Positions 11,062 to 21,544 of a stretch of DNA of 64,000 bases are shown in pieces. The notes below the pieces were generated by a model. That model was not told the DNA's origin. It did not search any database and saw only the letters and a program-made list of their open reading frames with translations. A program made the position numbers and the translations under genes. The DNA comes from Candidatus Eiseniibacteriota bacterium (GTDB taxonomy: Bacteria; Eisenbacteria; RBG-16-71-46): the NCBI GenBank assembly GCA_963717505.1, contig OY970342.1, positions 2,400,001 to 2,464,000 on the forward strand, written 5' to 3'. How positions within the stretch are numbered: position 1 is the stretch's first letter; every line of letters starts with the position of its first letter.

Positions 11062-11091
11062 GGCCCCGGTTGCGGGCACCGGGGCCTCGGG
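11051..11091 (-). terminator. Intrinsic terminator between convergent genes
   Basis: GAGGCCCCGGT-N7-ACCGGGGCCTC with an AAAAA run on the left (U-tract on the minus strand). Confidence 0.75.
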
Positions 11092-11107
11092 GGGCGCTAA
11101 GGTGAGT

Positions 11108-11926
11108 CTAGGCGTTCGCGCGCGCGCGAACCACGGTCACCGCACCCGTGCCCAACATCGCGATCGCCATCAGTGCCAGCGCGATGTCGTTCGCGCCCGG
11201 AAGCGACGGAACGATCGGGAAGGTGCTGTGAACTTCCAGATCGTCGACGTCCTGGAAGGTCGTGGTCACCGCCGCCTGGCGGAAGGCGTACTGGTCGATG
11301 GCCTCACCGGCAGCCAGGGCGAACGGGCCGCTGGTCGCCGAGGTGCTGGCCGAGCTGGTCGGGTTGACCCACATCTGCGACGTGCCGGCCACCGGATCGT
11401 ACGATGTGACCACGGTGTACTGGGTGTTGTACGACAGGTCGGTGGGGAATGCCACCGGCGGGCTGGTACCCGACGAGGTCACGCTGATGTAGAGACCGAA
11501 GTTGCCGCCGCCGGTCGGCGGCCCGACGTAGACGCGGGCGCGGAAGTTGTTCGGGTTGATCGACGGACGCGCGTGCGCGAAGTAGTCCGCCGTGGCGTGG
11601 ACGGGAGCACCACCGCCCGGCGCGATCGACGGAACCGTGAGCTTGAACATCGCGAACGACGTGGACGTTGCGGCGAACGCGGCATGCGGACGATTGACGT
11701 CCTGGCCGGATCCCGCGCTCTGGTTGAGGCGGATCGCGCCGCCCGTCACCAGAATCGGCTTGTCGGTGATGAGACCGCTGTGAAGCGCCCAGCCACCCTG
11801 TCCGATGAGATTGCCGTCCGGATAGGAGAAGGGCTCCGACATGACGAGGGCGGAGAATGCCAGCGACGGGGAGACGGCCAGGGCCGCCACGGCGCACGCC
11901 AGCGCGAATCGGGGTCTGTGTTTCAT
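11108..11926 (-). CDS. Secreted protein with IPTL/PEP-CTERM-like C-terminal anchor
   Basis: Signal peptide; EPFSYPDGNL.GQGGW start typical of PEP-CTERM-type beta-sandwich proteins; ends IVPSL + TM helix + RAR. Confidence 0.7.
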   Translation of the reverse strand: MKHRPRFALACAVAALAVSPSLAFSALVMSEPFSYPDGNLIGQGGWALHSGLITDKPILVTGGAIRLNQSAGSGQDVNRPHAAFAATSTSFAMFKLTVPSIAPGGGAPVHATADYFAHARPSINPNNFRARVYVGPPTGGGNFGLYISVTSSGTSPPVAFPTDLSYNTQYTVVTSYDPVAGTSQMWVNPTSSASTSATSGPFALAAGEAIDQYAFRQAAVTTTFQDVDDLEVHSTFPIVPSLPGANDIALALMAIAMLGTGAVTVVRARANA

Positions 11927-12182
11927 CGCGCACTCCTAGTGGGGTCAGGAAGCTGTAGAGGAGATGGACGCCTCAATCCTACCTGCCTCGACCGGGTCGG
12001 CGACAGCGCTATTTGATGACAAGAGCGTTACATGCGCGATTTGGGTCGCGCGGTTAAGACGAAGAAAACATTGTTGCCCACTGATTCCTCGGGTGGCGGA
12101 TCGAGCCCTCCTCGATCCGTCGAACTGGCGGTCGAGGGCGAGCCATGTTATTTTGCCGGGTCACTTTGGCCAGGGTATGGAA

Positions 12183-12255
12183 CCCAGAGCCGCTCGGGCA
12201 TCCGGGAGCTGGAACCCGGTGCGCTGGGCCACTCCGCACACTCTCCAGCAGGAGG
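12183..12255 (+). promoter_or_regulatory. Structured rpsO 5' leader (candidate S15 autoregulatory RNA)
   Basis: CCCAG(12183)/CTGGG(12224) and GCATCCGGG(12198)/CCCGGTGC(12215) stems just upstream of SD GGAGG (12251). Confidence 0.5.
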
Positions 12256-12262
12256 TGGCGCC

Positions 12263-12532
12263 TTGACGCTCTCCAAGGAGCAGAAACAGGGCATCATCGG
12301 CAAGTACAAGATTCACGAGGGTGACTCCGGATCTCCCGAGGTCCAGATCGCCTTGCTGACCGAAAAGATTCACTACCTGACCGACCACTTCAAGAGTCAC
12401 CCGCGGGATCACGCGTCGCGCCGCGGCCTGCTGCGCATGGTGGGACAGCGCCGTCGGCTGCTCGACTATCTCAAGGCGACGAAGGTCGATCGCTACCGCA
12501 AGGTGGTCAAGGATCTGGGACTGCGCCGCTAG
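12263..12532 (+). CDS. rpsO: 30S ribosomal protein S15
   Basis: [16 protein letters not shown] and [21 protein letters not shown]; TTG start after GGAGG. Confidence 0.97.
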   Translation: MTLSKEQKQGIIGKYKIHEGDSGSPEVQIALLTEKIHYLTDHFKSHPRDHASRRGLLRMVGQRRRLLDYLKATKVDRYRKVVKDLGLRR

Positions 12533-12547
12533 CGCGGACCCAACACG

Positions 12548-12573
12548 GGACCGCGGGCAAAGGCCCGCGGTTC
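12548..12573 (+). terminator. Hairpin after rpsO
   Basis: GGACCGCGGGC-AAAG-GCCCGCGGTTC; weak U-tail. Confidence 0.5.
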
Positions 12574-12688
12574 ACACTACGGCGCGGACCGTCATGGTTC
12601 GCGCGGCACCCGCTCCGGGATCGCACGACGGCGGGGGTCAGGCTTTCCGGCGGGCTGCCGGATGCGTGCGAGAGGAAAACATTCGTTG

Positions 12689-14881
12689 ATGAACGAGCAA
12701 AAAGAAACCCTCGATCTCGGAGGACAAACCCTCACGATCAGCACCGGGAAGATGGCGAAGCTCGCCGGCGGCTCGGCGGTCGTGCAGCTGGGCGACACCA
12801 TCGTTCTGGTCGCCACGAGCGCGGCCAAGTCTCCCACGCTGGGCCGGGACTTCGTCCCGCTCACCGTGGACTACCGCGAGCGCACCTACGCCGCGGGACG
12901 CATCCCGGGTGGCTTCTTCAAGCGCGAAGGCCGGCCGACCGAGAAGGAAGTCCTGAGTTCACGGCTCAGCGACCGGCCGATCCGTCCGTTGTTCTCGAAG
13001 AACTTCCCCTACGAAACCCAGATCATGGCTACGGTCATGTCTTCGGACCAGGAGAACGACGCCGACGTGCTGGCGCTGATCGGCGCCTCGGCATCGATCA
13101 ACCTGTCCGACATTCCGTTCCCTGAGCCGGTGGCAGGCGTTCGCGTCGGGCGGGTCAACGGCGAGTTCGTGATCATGCCGACGGTCAGCCAGCTCGACGA
13201 GAGCGACATGGACATCATCGTCGCCGGCACCGCCGACAACATCATCATGGTCGAGGGTGGCACTCGTGAAATCAGCGAGCAGGACCTGATCGCCGCCCTC
13301 GAGTTCGCGATGGAGCACATCCGACGCATCGTCGACGCGCAGCGCAAGCTGATGGCGCGCTGCGGCAAGACCAAGCGGCCGACGCTGACGCCGACCGATG
13401 TCTCCGAGCTGCGCAACCGTCTCGAGTCGTCGTATCGCGACCGCCTGCGCCAGGCCATCCGGATCCCGGCCAAGGAGGCGCGCCAGGAGGAGATCGACCG
13501 GATCCGTGAGGAAGCGGTCGCCGCGTTGGCGGAGAGTTTCCCCGATCAGGGCCCGTACGTCGGCAAGATCCTTCACGACGTCGAGCGCGACGAGATGCGC
13601 AACATGGTCCTGGTCGAGGGCGTGCGCGCCGACGGCCGCGGACTCAACGACATCCGGCCGATCACCATCGAGGTCGGAGCCCTGCCGCGTACTCACGGCT
13701 CATGCCTCTTCACCCGCGGCGAGACCCAGGCAATGGCCGTGGCGACGCTCGGGACCAAGAGCGACGAGCAGCGGGTCGAGGAGCTGGAAGGGCAGTCGTG
13801 GAAGTCGTACATGCTGCACTACAACTTCCCGCCGTTCAGCGTCGGTGAGGTGCGGCCGATTCGCGGCCCGGGCCGGCGCGAGATCGGACACGGTGCGCTG
13901 GCCGAGCGTTCGATCGAGCCGGTGATCCCGGCCGAGGGCCAGTTCCCCTACACCATCCGCATCGTCAGCGACATCCTCGAGTCCAACGGCAGCTCGTCGA
14001 TGGCGACGGTGTGCGCCGGAGCCATGGCGCTCATGGACGCGGGGGTGCCGATCAAGTCGCCGGTCGCGGGCATCGCGATGGGCCTGATCAAGGAAGGCGA
14101 CAAGGTCGCCGTGCTCACCGACATCCTCGGCGTCGAAGATCATCTCGGCGACATGGACTTCAAGGTGACCGGCACCCGCGAGGGCGTCACCGCCTTCCAG
14201 ATGGACACCAAGATCGGTGGCATCTCGTTCCAGGTGCTGGGCGAAGCACTCGACCGCGCGCGCCAGGGGCGGCTGTTCATTCTCGACAAGATGGCGCAAA
14301 CCCTGTCCGCGCCGCGTTCCGAGATGTCGCCGTTCGCACCGCGGATCACGATCATCACCATCCACCCGGACAAGATCCGCGAAGTCATCGGACCGGGGGG
14401 CAAGATCATCAAGCGCATCACCGAGGAGACCGGTTGTCAGATCGACATCGACGACAGCGGCGAGGTTCGCATTGCCGCGGTCAATGTCGAAGGCAGTCGG
14501 CGCGCCGAGGAGATGATCCGCAACATCACCGAGGATCCGGAGCCCGGCCGCGTCTACCAGGGCAAGGTCCGCAGCGTGGTCACGTTCGGAGCGTTCATCG
14601 AGATCGTTCCGGGCCGCGACGGCCTGCTGCACATTTCGGAGATCGACCACCATCGCATCGCCCGCACTGAGGACGTGCTCAACGTCGGCGACATGGTGAT
14701 GGTCAAGGTGATCGGAGTCGATCGGGACGGCAAGATCCGCCTGTCGCGCAAGGCGCTCCTGCCGGAGCCGGAAGGCGTGGTCGCGGGATCCGGCGGTCGC
14801 GAGGACTATCCTCCTCGTGGCGGCGATCGGGATCGTGACCGTGGCGGTCGCGACCGGGATCGGGGACGCGGGCGACGCTAA
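12689..14881 (+). CDS. pnp: Polyribonucleotide nucleotidyltransferase
   Basis: PLTVDYRE, GGFFKREGRP, RREIGHG, ESNGSSSMA, DHLGDMDFKV, KH and S1 domains. Confidence 0.98.
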   Translation: MNEQKETLDLGGQTLTISTGKMAKLAGGSAVVQLGDTIVLVATSAAKSPTLGRDFVPLTVDYRERTYAAGRIPGGFFKREGRPTEKEVLSSRLSDRPIRPLFSKNFPYETQIMATVMSSDQENDADVLALIGASASINLSDIPFPEPVAGVRVGRVNGEFVIMPTVSQLDESDMDIIVAGTADNIIMVEGGTREISEQDLIAALEFAMEHIRRIVDAQRKLMARCGKTKRPTLTPTDVSELRNRLESSYRDRLRQAIRIPAKEARQEEIDRIREEAVAALAESFPDQGPYVGKILHDVERDEMRNMVLVEGVRADGRGLNDIRPITIEVGALPRTHGSCLFTRGETQAMAVATLGTKSDEQRVEELEGQSWKSYMLHYNFPPFSVGEVRPIRGPGRREIGHGALAERSIEPVIPAEGQFPYTIRIVSDILESNGSSSMATVCAGAMALMDAGVPIKSPVAGIAMGLIKEGDKVAVLTDILGVEDHLGDMDFKVTGTREGVTAFQMDTKIGGISFQVLGEALDRARQGRLFILDKMAQTLSAPRSEMSPFAPRITIITIHPDKIREVIGPGGKIIKRITEETGCQIDIDDSGEVRIAAVNVEGSRRAEEMIRNITEDPEPGRVYQGKVRSVVTFGAFIEIVPGRDGLLHISEIDHHRIARTEDVLNVGDMVMVKVIGVDRDGKIRLSRKALLPEPEGVVAGSGGREDYPPRGGDRDRDRGGRDRDRGRGRR

Positions 14882-14912
14882 TCCGCGACCTCGAGTCTGA
14901 AGTGGTGTACGC

Positions 14913-14944
14913 GCGTGGCAGGGCAACCTGCCACGCCGTATTTT
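14913..14944 (+). terminator. Intrinsic terminator after pnp
   Basis: GCGTGGCAGG-GCAA-CCTGCCACGC followed by CGTATTTT. Confidence 0.75.
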
Positions 14945-14963
14945 CAGGCCAGGGACGAGTGAC

Positions 14964-16250
14964 GTGACCACGACCAAGCCAACGGAAACCATCGAGCTGG
15001 CCCCCGGGATCCGGCGGTCCGTGCTGCCGTCCGGACTCACCGTGCTGTCCGAGACCATTCCCGACCGGCATTCGGTTTCGGTCGGGACCTGGGTGAAGAG
15101 CGGCGCTCGCGACGAGCCGAACGAGCGGCTCGGCGTGTCGCATTTCATCGAGCACATGTTGTTCAAGGGCACCGAGCGCCGCGACGCGCGGGCGATCGCC
15201 CAGAGCCTGGAGTCGCTCGGCGGCCATCTCGACGCCTTCACCGGCCGCGAGCAGGTCTGCTACTACGCCCGCGCCCTGGCCGAGCACCTGCCACAAGTAG
15301 TCGACGTGCTCGCCGACCTGGTGTCGCGGCCGCGCTTCGCACCGGCCGACGTGACCCGCGAACAATCGGTGGTGCGTGAGGAGATCCTCGCCGCCGAAGA
15401 CAACCCCGAGGACAAGGCTTCGGAGCTGTTGAGTGGACAGGTGTGGGGCGACCACCCGCTCGGTCGTCCGATCCTGGGCACGCTCGAAACCGTGGCGGCG
15501 CTCGACGCGGGATCGATTCGCGAGTACTACGCCCACCGCTATCGGCCGCAAGAGCTGGTGCTGATCGGCGCCGGGGGCTTCGAGCACGAACAGCTGGTCG
15601 ACCTGGCCGAGACGGCCTATGGCTTGCCGGACGGTTCGCCCCGCAAGCCGCCGGCGGGACCCGGAGCGTTCGCTCCCGAGGTGCGCTACAGCGTGCGTCC
15701 CGAGCTCCAGCAGCTCTATTTGTCGCTCGGCACCCGCACCATTCCCTATGCGCACGAGCAGCGTACCGCGCTCGTGGTGTTGAGCACGCTGCTCGGGGGT
15801 GGCATGAGTTCGCGACTGTTCCAGAGCGTGCGCGAAGAGGCCGGGCTCGCCTACTCCGTCTATTCGGCGGCCGACTTCTTCACCGACTGCGGAATGCTCT
15901 CGATCCATCTCGGCGTGTCGCCCGACCGCGGCGCCGAGGCGCTGGCCCTGGTCCGGAACGAGCTCGAGGCCCTGGCGGAGCGAGGGCCCGGGGCCGACGA
16001 AGTCGCCGACGTCCGCCGCCAGCTGCGCGGCAGCATCCTGATCGGGGCCGAGAGCGTCTCCGGGCGCATGTACCACCTGGCCCACGAGGAGATGTACGCC
16101 GAGCGCTTCACCACCCAAATGGAGCACGTGACGCGGGTCGAGGCGGTGACGGTCGAGCAGGTGGCCGAGGTCGCGCGCCGCTATCTGTCGCCGGGCGGAT
16201 TCACGCTCGCGGCGCTGGGGCCGGAGAGCTCACGGAACTTGAGCTGGTAG
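14964..16250 (+). CDS. M16 (pitrilysin) family zinc protease
   Basis: HFIEHMLFKGT and LGGGMSSRLFQ.VREE.GLAYSV; usual position after pnp. Confidence 0.92.
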   Translation: MTTTKPTETIELAPGIRRSVLPSGLTVLSETIPDRHSVSVGTWVKSGARDEPNERLGVSHFIEHMLFKGTERRDARAIAQSLESLGGHLDAFTGREQVCYYARALAEHLPQVVDVLADLVSRPRFAPADVTREQSVVREEILAAEDNPEDKASELLSGQVWGDHPLGRPILGTLETVAALDAGSIREYYAHRYRPQELVLIGAGGFEHEQLVDLAETAYGLPDGSPRKPPAGPGAFAPEVRYSVRPELQQLYLSLGTRTIPYAHEQRTALVVLSTLLGGGMSSRLFQSVREEAGLAYSVYSAADFFTDCGMLSIHLGVSPDRGAEALALVRNELEALAERGPGADEVADVRRQLRGSILIGAESVSGRMYHLAHEEMYAERFTTQMEHVTRVEAVTVEQVAEVARRYLSPGGFTLAALGPESSRNLSW

Positions 16251-16297
16251 TTCCCGGTCGGCCGCGGACCCCCGCATCCGCGCGGTACCGCCGAAAC

Positions 16298-17510
16298 TCA
16301 ATACGCGAACCCCGCCTCTTTCATCCTGTTCGTCGCCTCGCGCAACCGCTCCTCGGTCACGCACAGCGCGATCCGCACGTAGCCCTCGCCGGATTTGCCG
16401 AACCCCGAGCCCGGTGCCACCACCACGCCGGTCTTGTCCAGCAAGTCCTTGGTGAACTCCATCGAGCTCGTGTACCGGCGTGGGATCGGCAGCCACACGT
16501 AGAGCGATGCGAGCGGTGTCGGCACCGGGTAGCCGAGCGGGCGCACCCCCTCGAGGAACACGTCGCGACGCTTGCGGTAGATCGCCGAGACCTCGGCGCA
16601 GTAGTCCTGCGGGCCCAAGAGCACCGCGGCCGCCGCGCGCTGGATCGCCATGAACACACCGAAGTCCATGTTCGATTTGATCTTGGTCAGGTTGGCGATC
16701 GCATCGCGGTTTCCGGCGGCGAACGCCACGCGCCAGCCCGGCATCGAGTAACTCTTGGAGAACGAGTGGAACTCGATCGTACGCTCCTTGTCGCGGTCGA
16801 ACTCGAGGAACGAGCGCGCGCGGTAGGAGGGATCGAGCGACAGGTCGCAATAGGCGATGTCCGAGACCACGAACAGGTCGTGCTCGCGTGCGTAGCGCAG
16901 GACTTCCTCGTAGAACGCAAGCGTTTCGACGCCGCCGGTCGGGTTGCCGGGGAAGTTGATGCACAGGATCTTCGCCCGGCGCGCGTCCTCGACCGGGATC
17001 GCCTTCAGATCGGGGCGGAATTCGTTCTTGGCGGTCAACGGCACTTCGACGACGCGCAGCTGCGCGATCGCGGCGACGCCGATGTAGGCCGGGTAGCAGG
17101 GCGCGCACTGGAGGATGGTGTCGCCGGGGTTGAAGTGCGCCAGGAAGAACTTGGCGATGCCTTCCTTGGAGCCGACCAGCGCCATGGCCTCGGACGCGGG
17201 GTCGACTTCGACCCCGAAACGATTCGCGTACCACGTCGAGATCGCGGCCCGGTACTCGGGCAGGCCGTTGAAGCTCGGATAGCGGTGGTTCTGGATGGCC
17301 GGGTCGTCCAGGGCCGCCTTCAGGGCCTCGACGGCGTGCTGCCGGAGGACGCATGTCGGGATTCCCCACCCCGAGGTCGATAACATCCACGCCCTGCCGC
17401 AGCTTTTCGTCGCGATCCTGAAACACTTTGGCCAGGGCATAGGGCGGAAGGTTCAGGAGTCGTTCAGAAGGCCCAAGTGTGGGTTTGACAGCCGATTGGC
17501 TCGTGGACAT
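16298..17510 (-). CDS. dapL: LL-diaminopimelate aminotransferase-like class I/II aminotransferase (apparent extra base near 17343)
   Basis: LPPY..DVIDLGVGNPD in one frame; GSKEGIA, NFPGNPTG, DIAY and EFHSFSKSYSMPGWR in the next. Confidence 0.75.
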
Positions 17511-17568
17511 AGTGGCCTTTCCCCATGGCCGTGGAAGGACGGCACCGCTATTGCGTAGCTTCATCACC

Positions 17569-18452
17569 ATGATGAATGCGACGAGTCATTCTAGGAGCCG
17601 GGGGCGCTCGAAGCCAAGCCTGTTCCTGCCGGCGGTGTTCCTGCTGGCCCTCGCGGTCTATGCGCTCGCTGCCCGTGCCGCGGACGACGACGAAGTCGAG
17701 GCTCCTCCCGACTCGGCCGACATCGCCCTGGACGCCACCATCTCACGGCCTCCGGACGGCGTGATCGAGGTGTTGCCCGAGGTTCCGGTCCCCTTCAAGC
17801 AGGGCGAGTCCCTCAAGTTCAGCGTCCAGTACGGCGTCATCCACGCCGGAACGGCGTGGCTCGAAGTGCCCGAGGAGAAGAAGGTCAAAGGCCGGCCGAC
17901 GCTGATCGCTGCTGGCGCGCGCCGAATCGAACAAGTTCTTCAGCGTGTTCTACAAGGTGCGCAATCGGATCGAGTCGACCTGGGATCGCGAGGAGCAGTC
18001 CAGCCTGCGCTACACCGAGAATCGGCGCGAGGGCGGCCACAAGGCGCGCAGCGAAATCAACTTCGACTACGGCATCCACCAGGCGCACTACGACAACGGC
18101 CAGACCTACCCGATCCCGCCGCAGGTCCAGGACGCCCTGTCGTCGTTCTACTTCACGCGCTACCAGGCGCTGCCGGTCGGCGGCAGCATCGTCTTCGACT
18201 ATCATGCCAGCCGGAAGACCAAGCCGCTCGAGGTCCGAGTGCTCGGGCGCGAGCAGATCAAGACTCCGGCCGGGACGTTCGACTGCGTGGCCCTCGAGCC
18301 GATTCTCAAGGCCGGTGGCATCTTCAAGAAAACGGGGCGACTCGTGATCTGGATCACCGACGACGAACGACGCATGCCGGTGCTCATGAAGAGCAAGGTC
18401 GTCGATCGGCTCGATCAGCGTGATCCTGCAGGAAGCCAGGCCGGGCGCCTGA
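17569..18452 (+). CDS. DUF3108 domain exported protein (apparent extra bases near 17905 and 18404)
   Basis: PF..GESLKF.V.YG.I.AG.A, QDALSSFY, E.IKTPAGTFDC, IWITDDERRMPV and IGSI joined across frames. Confidence 0.75.
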
Positions 18453-19419
18453 TGGGACGTTACCCCGAGGCCGACTTCTCACGGCTCGCCGTGGGTCGAG
18501 TTTCCGATCGCCCGACCAAGGTCTCGGTCGAGGATTTCGCCCGTCCGCTCGATCCGGCTCACGCCGAGGCGGTGCTCGCGTCCCTGCCGCGCCAGCTCGC
18601 GGCCGAGTCGCTGCGCGAGGTGGTCGAGCGCACGATCGCCGCGCGCCAAGCCGGCCGGCCGGTGTTCGCGATGTGCGGCGGACACGTGATCAAGGTCGGC
18701 GTCACCCCGTGTCTGATCGCGCTCGTCGAGCGCGGGCTCCTGACCCACTTCGTGATGAACGGCGCCGCGGCGATCCACGACGTCGAGATCGCGCTCACCG
18801 GCCGCACCTCCGAGGACGTCGAGGCCCATCTGCACCAGGGCACGATTCGGCATGGTCGACGAGACCGGCGACTTCATGAACGGCGCGATGATCGACGGCC
18901 GCGACGCGCGGCGAGGGACTCGGCGAGTGCTGGGGCCGAGCACTGGTCGAAGCGCAAGGCGCCGCATCGCCGACGTCAGCCTGCTGGCCGACGGCCTACG
19001 CGCGCTCGCTGCCGGCCACGGTTCATGTCGCGATCGGCACCGACACGATCCACCATCATCCGCGCTGCGACGGTGCGGCGCTCGGCGAGACCACGCTGCG
19101 CGATTTCCGGATCCTGGCGGCGGCGATGGCCGAGGCGCGCGGTGCGGTGGTGCTCAACTTCGGCTCGGCGGTGCTGCTGCCCGAGGTATTTCTCAAGGCA
19201 TTGTCGGTCGCGCGCAATCTCGGCGCGGATCTCTCGGGGTTGACCACGGTCAACTTCGACCAGATCCAGCACTATCGGCCGCGCGTGAACGTGGTCGAGC
19301 GCCCGACCAAGGCGCCCGGGGCGCGCGGCTTCGCGATCACCGGCCACCACGAGATCATGGTGCCGTTGTTCGCCGGCTGTCTGCTGGCGCGGGCGAGCGC
19401 CGTCGGGCTCGAGCCGTGA
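18452..19419 (+). CDS. Deoxyhypusine-synthase-like fold protein of unknown function (several apparent indels at 18845-18995)
   Basis: GGHVIKVG, MNGAAAIHDVEIA..G.TSEDV, FGM.DETG, TVHVAIGTD, NFGSAVLLPEVFLKA and GHHEIMVP. Confidence 0.65.
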
Positions 19420-20130
19420 CTTCCCGGGACGGTCGGCCGCGTCCTGGTGGTGATCCCGGCGCTCAACGAAGAGGCGAGCCTGTCGCGCACCCTCGCCGAG
19501 GTTCGCTCGAGTGCGCCGGGCTACGACATCCTGGTGGTCGACGACGGCTCGCAGGATCGGACTTCCGAAGTTGCCCGCAGCACCGGTGTCGCGGTGGTGC
19601 GACATCCCTTCAACCTGGGCGTCGGTGCCGCTCTCCAGACCGGCTTTCGCTGGGCGCTCGCCAACGGATACGCGATCGCCGTCCAGCTCGATGCCGACGG
19701 CCAGCACGATCCACGCTTCCTGGACGCCCTGATCGAACCGGTTCGCTCGGGCGCCTGCGACGTAGCGATCGGCTCACGCTACGTCGAGTCGACCGGCTAT
19801 CACGCCCCGATCCTTCGCCGACTCGGCATGCTGCTGTTCGCGTTCGTGGTGCGGCTGGCGGTCGGCCAGCGAATCGCCGATACCACTTCGGGATTTCGCG
19901 CCTACGGCCGTTCGGTGCTCGAGGTCTGCCAGCACGACTTCCCGCGCGACTTCCCCGACGCGCCGCTCCTGATCGCGCTCGCGCGCCGCGGATTTCGGCT
20001 GCTCGAAGTACCGGTGGTCATGCGCGAGCGCCAGGCGGGGCGTTCCTTCTACACTCTGGGCAAGTCGCTCTACTACCCGTACAAGAACCTGGTCGCATCG
20101 CTCATGGCGTGGATCCAGCACCGTCCCTGA
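19416..20130 (+). CDS. GT2 (DPM1-like) glycosyltransferase
   Basis: IPALNEE, VVDDGSQD, QLDADGQHDP and DTTSGFRAY; start region probably carries an indel. Confidence 0.88.
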
Positions 20131-20175
20131 TCGGACGCCCCGGGCCGCTGGGCCCGGTGTCGTCGTGGAGGTCCC

Positions 20176-20544
20176 ATGGAGTTCCTGTCGCGCACTCAGG
20201 TCATCATCGCATTCGCGTCGGTCGGTCTCGCGCTCTACGTGCTCGACCTGGTGCGGCGCCGCAAGCTGTCCGAGGAGTATTCGCTGCTCTGGGTCGGCGC
20301 CAGCCTGACCATCGCGTTCCTCGGCTTCGCGACCCCGGTGCTGCGCTTCCTGACGCGCGCGTTCGGCATGTTGTTCGAAAGCTCGACGGTGTTCGCGCTC
20401 GGCCTGGCGTTCGCGGTCGCCATGCTGTTGTTCCAGTCGGTCAAGCTCTCGCGACTCGGGCAGGAGAACCTGCTGCTGGCGCGCGAGCTGGCCCTGCTGC
20501 GCGAGCGCGTCGAACGGACCTCGGCCCCCCAGGGGAGCGCGTGA
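20176..20544 (+). CDS. DUF2304 membrane protein
   Basis: LVRRRKLSEEYSLLW; 3 TM segments; LARELALL; typical partner of the upstream GT2. Confidence 0.8.
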   Translation: MEFLSRTQVIIAFASVGLALYVLDLVRRRKLSEEYSLLWVGASLTIAFLGFATPVLRFLTRAFGMLFESSTVFALGLAFAVAMLLFQSVKLSRLGQENLLLARELALLRERVERTSAPQGSA

Positions 20545-21544
20545 GCGGACGCCTCAAGCTCGCGATCGGGATCGTCATCTCGGCCGTCTGCGTGTGGCTG
20601 TCGATGCGCGACGTGCGCATCGCCGAGGTCTGGGCGGCCCTGCTCCAGGCGCGGCCGCTGGGTGTCGTCGGCATCTTCTGCACCACGCTGGTCGGCTTCT
20701 GGATCCGGGCGTTTCGCTGGCGCTGGCTCCTGCCGCGCGAGAAGCCGGTCTCGCTCGACAGCCTGTACAGCGCCACCATGATCGGGTTCATGGCCAACAA
20801 CCTGTTGCCGCTCCGGCTCGGCGAGTTCGTGCGCGCCTGGGCGCTCGGCCGGCGCGAGAATCTGTCCAAGACTCGCGGTGTTCGCCACCGTGGTGGTCGA
20901 ACGAGTCGTCGACATGCTGACGCTGATCGCGATCCTCGGCATCGCGCTGCTGGTCCGCCCGCTGACCGAGGAGACCGAGGCCGGCCGCCTGATCCAGCTC
21001 GGCGCGCGCATCCTGGTGACGACCTGCGTCGGCGCTGACCGCGGTGATCGTGATCCTCGAGCACCAGCCCCGCCTGATGACCGCCGTGGTCCGATTTCTC
21101 ACGTCGCCACTTCCGGCCGGCGTGCGCGATCGCTCGCGCCACCTGATGGATCAGTTCCTGGAAGGGCTCGGACTGTTCCGCGACATTCCACGGCTGCTCT
21201 GGGTGTTCGTGCTGTCGTTCACCATGTTCGGCGTGGTCGTGCTCGGACTGCATGCGAGCCTGTGGGCGCTGCGCATCGACGTGCCCTGGTACGGCGGGCT
21301 CCTGATGCTGGTGATCACCGCGATCGGCATCATGGTGCCCGCGGCTCCGGGCTACATCGGCACCATGAACCTGGCGTGCATCGCCGGGCTCGCGCTGTTC
21401 GGCGTCGGCCGCGAGGCGGCGGTGCCGTTCTCGTGGCTCTACTGGGCGGGGCAGTGGATCCCGGTGACGTTGGTCGGGATCTACTACCTGAGGCGTGAGG
21501 GACTGTCGCTGCGTTCGCTCGGCGAAGCCACGCAAGCCACGTGA
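20541..21544 (+). CDS. Lysylphosphatidylglycerol synthase TM / UPF0104 flippase-like protein (frameshifted)
   Basis: RAFRWRWLL, GFMANNLLPLRLGEFVRA, TVVVERVVD and PAAPGYIG across three frames. Confidence 0.8.
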
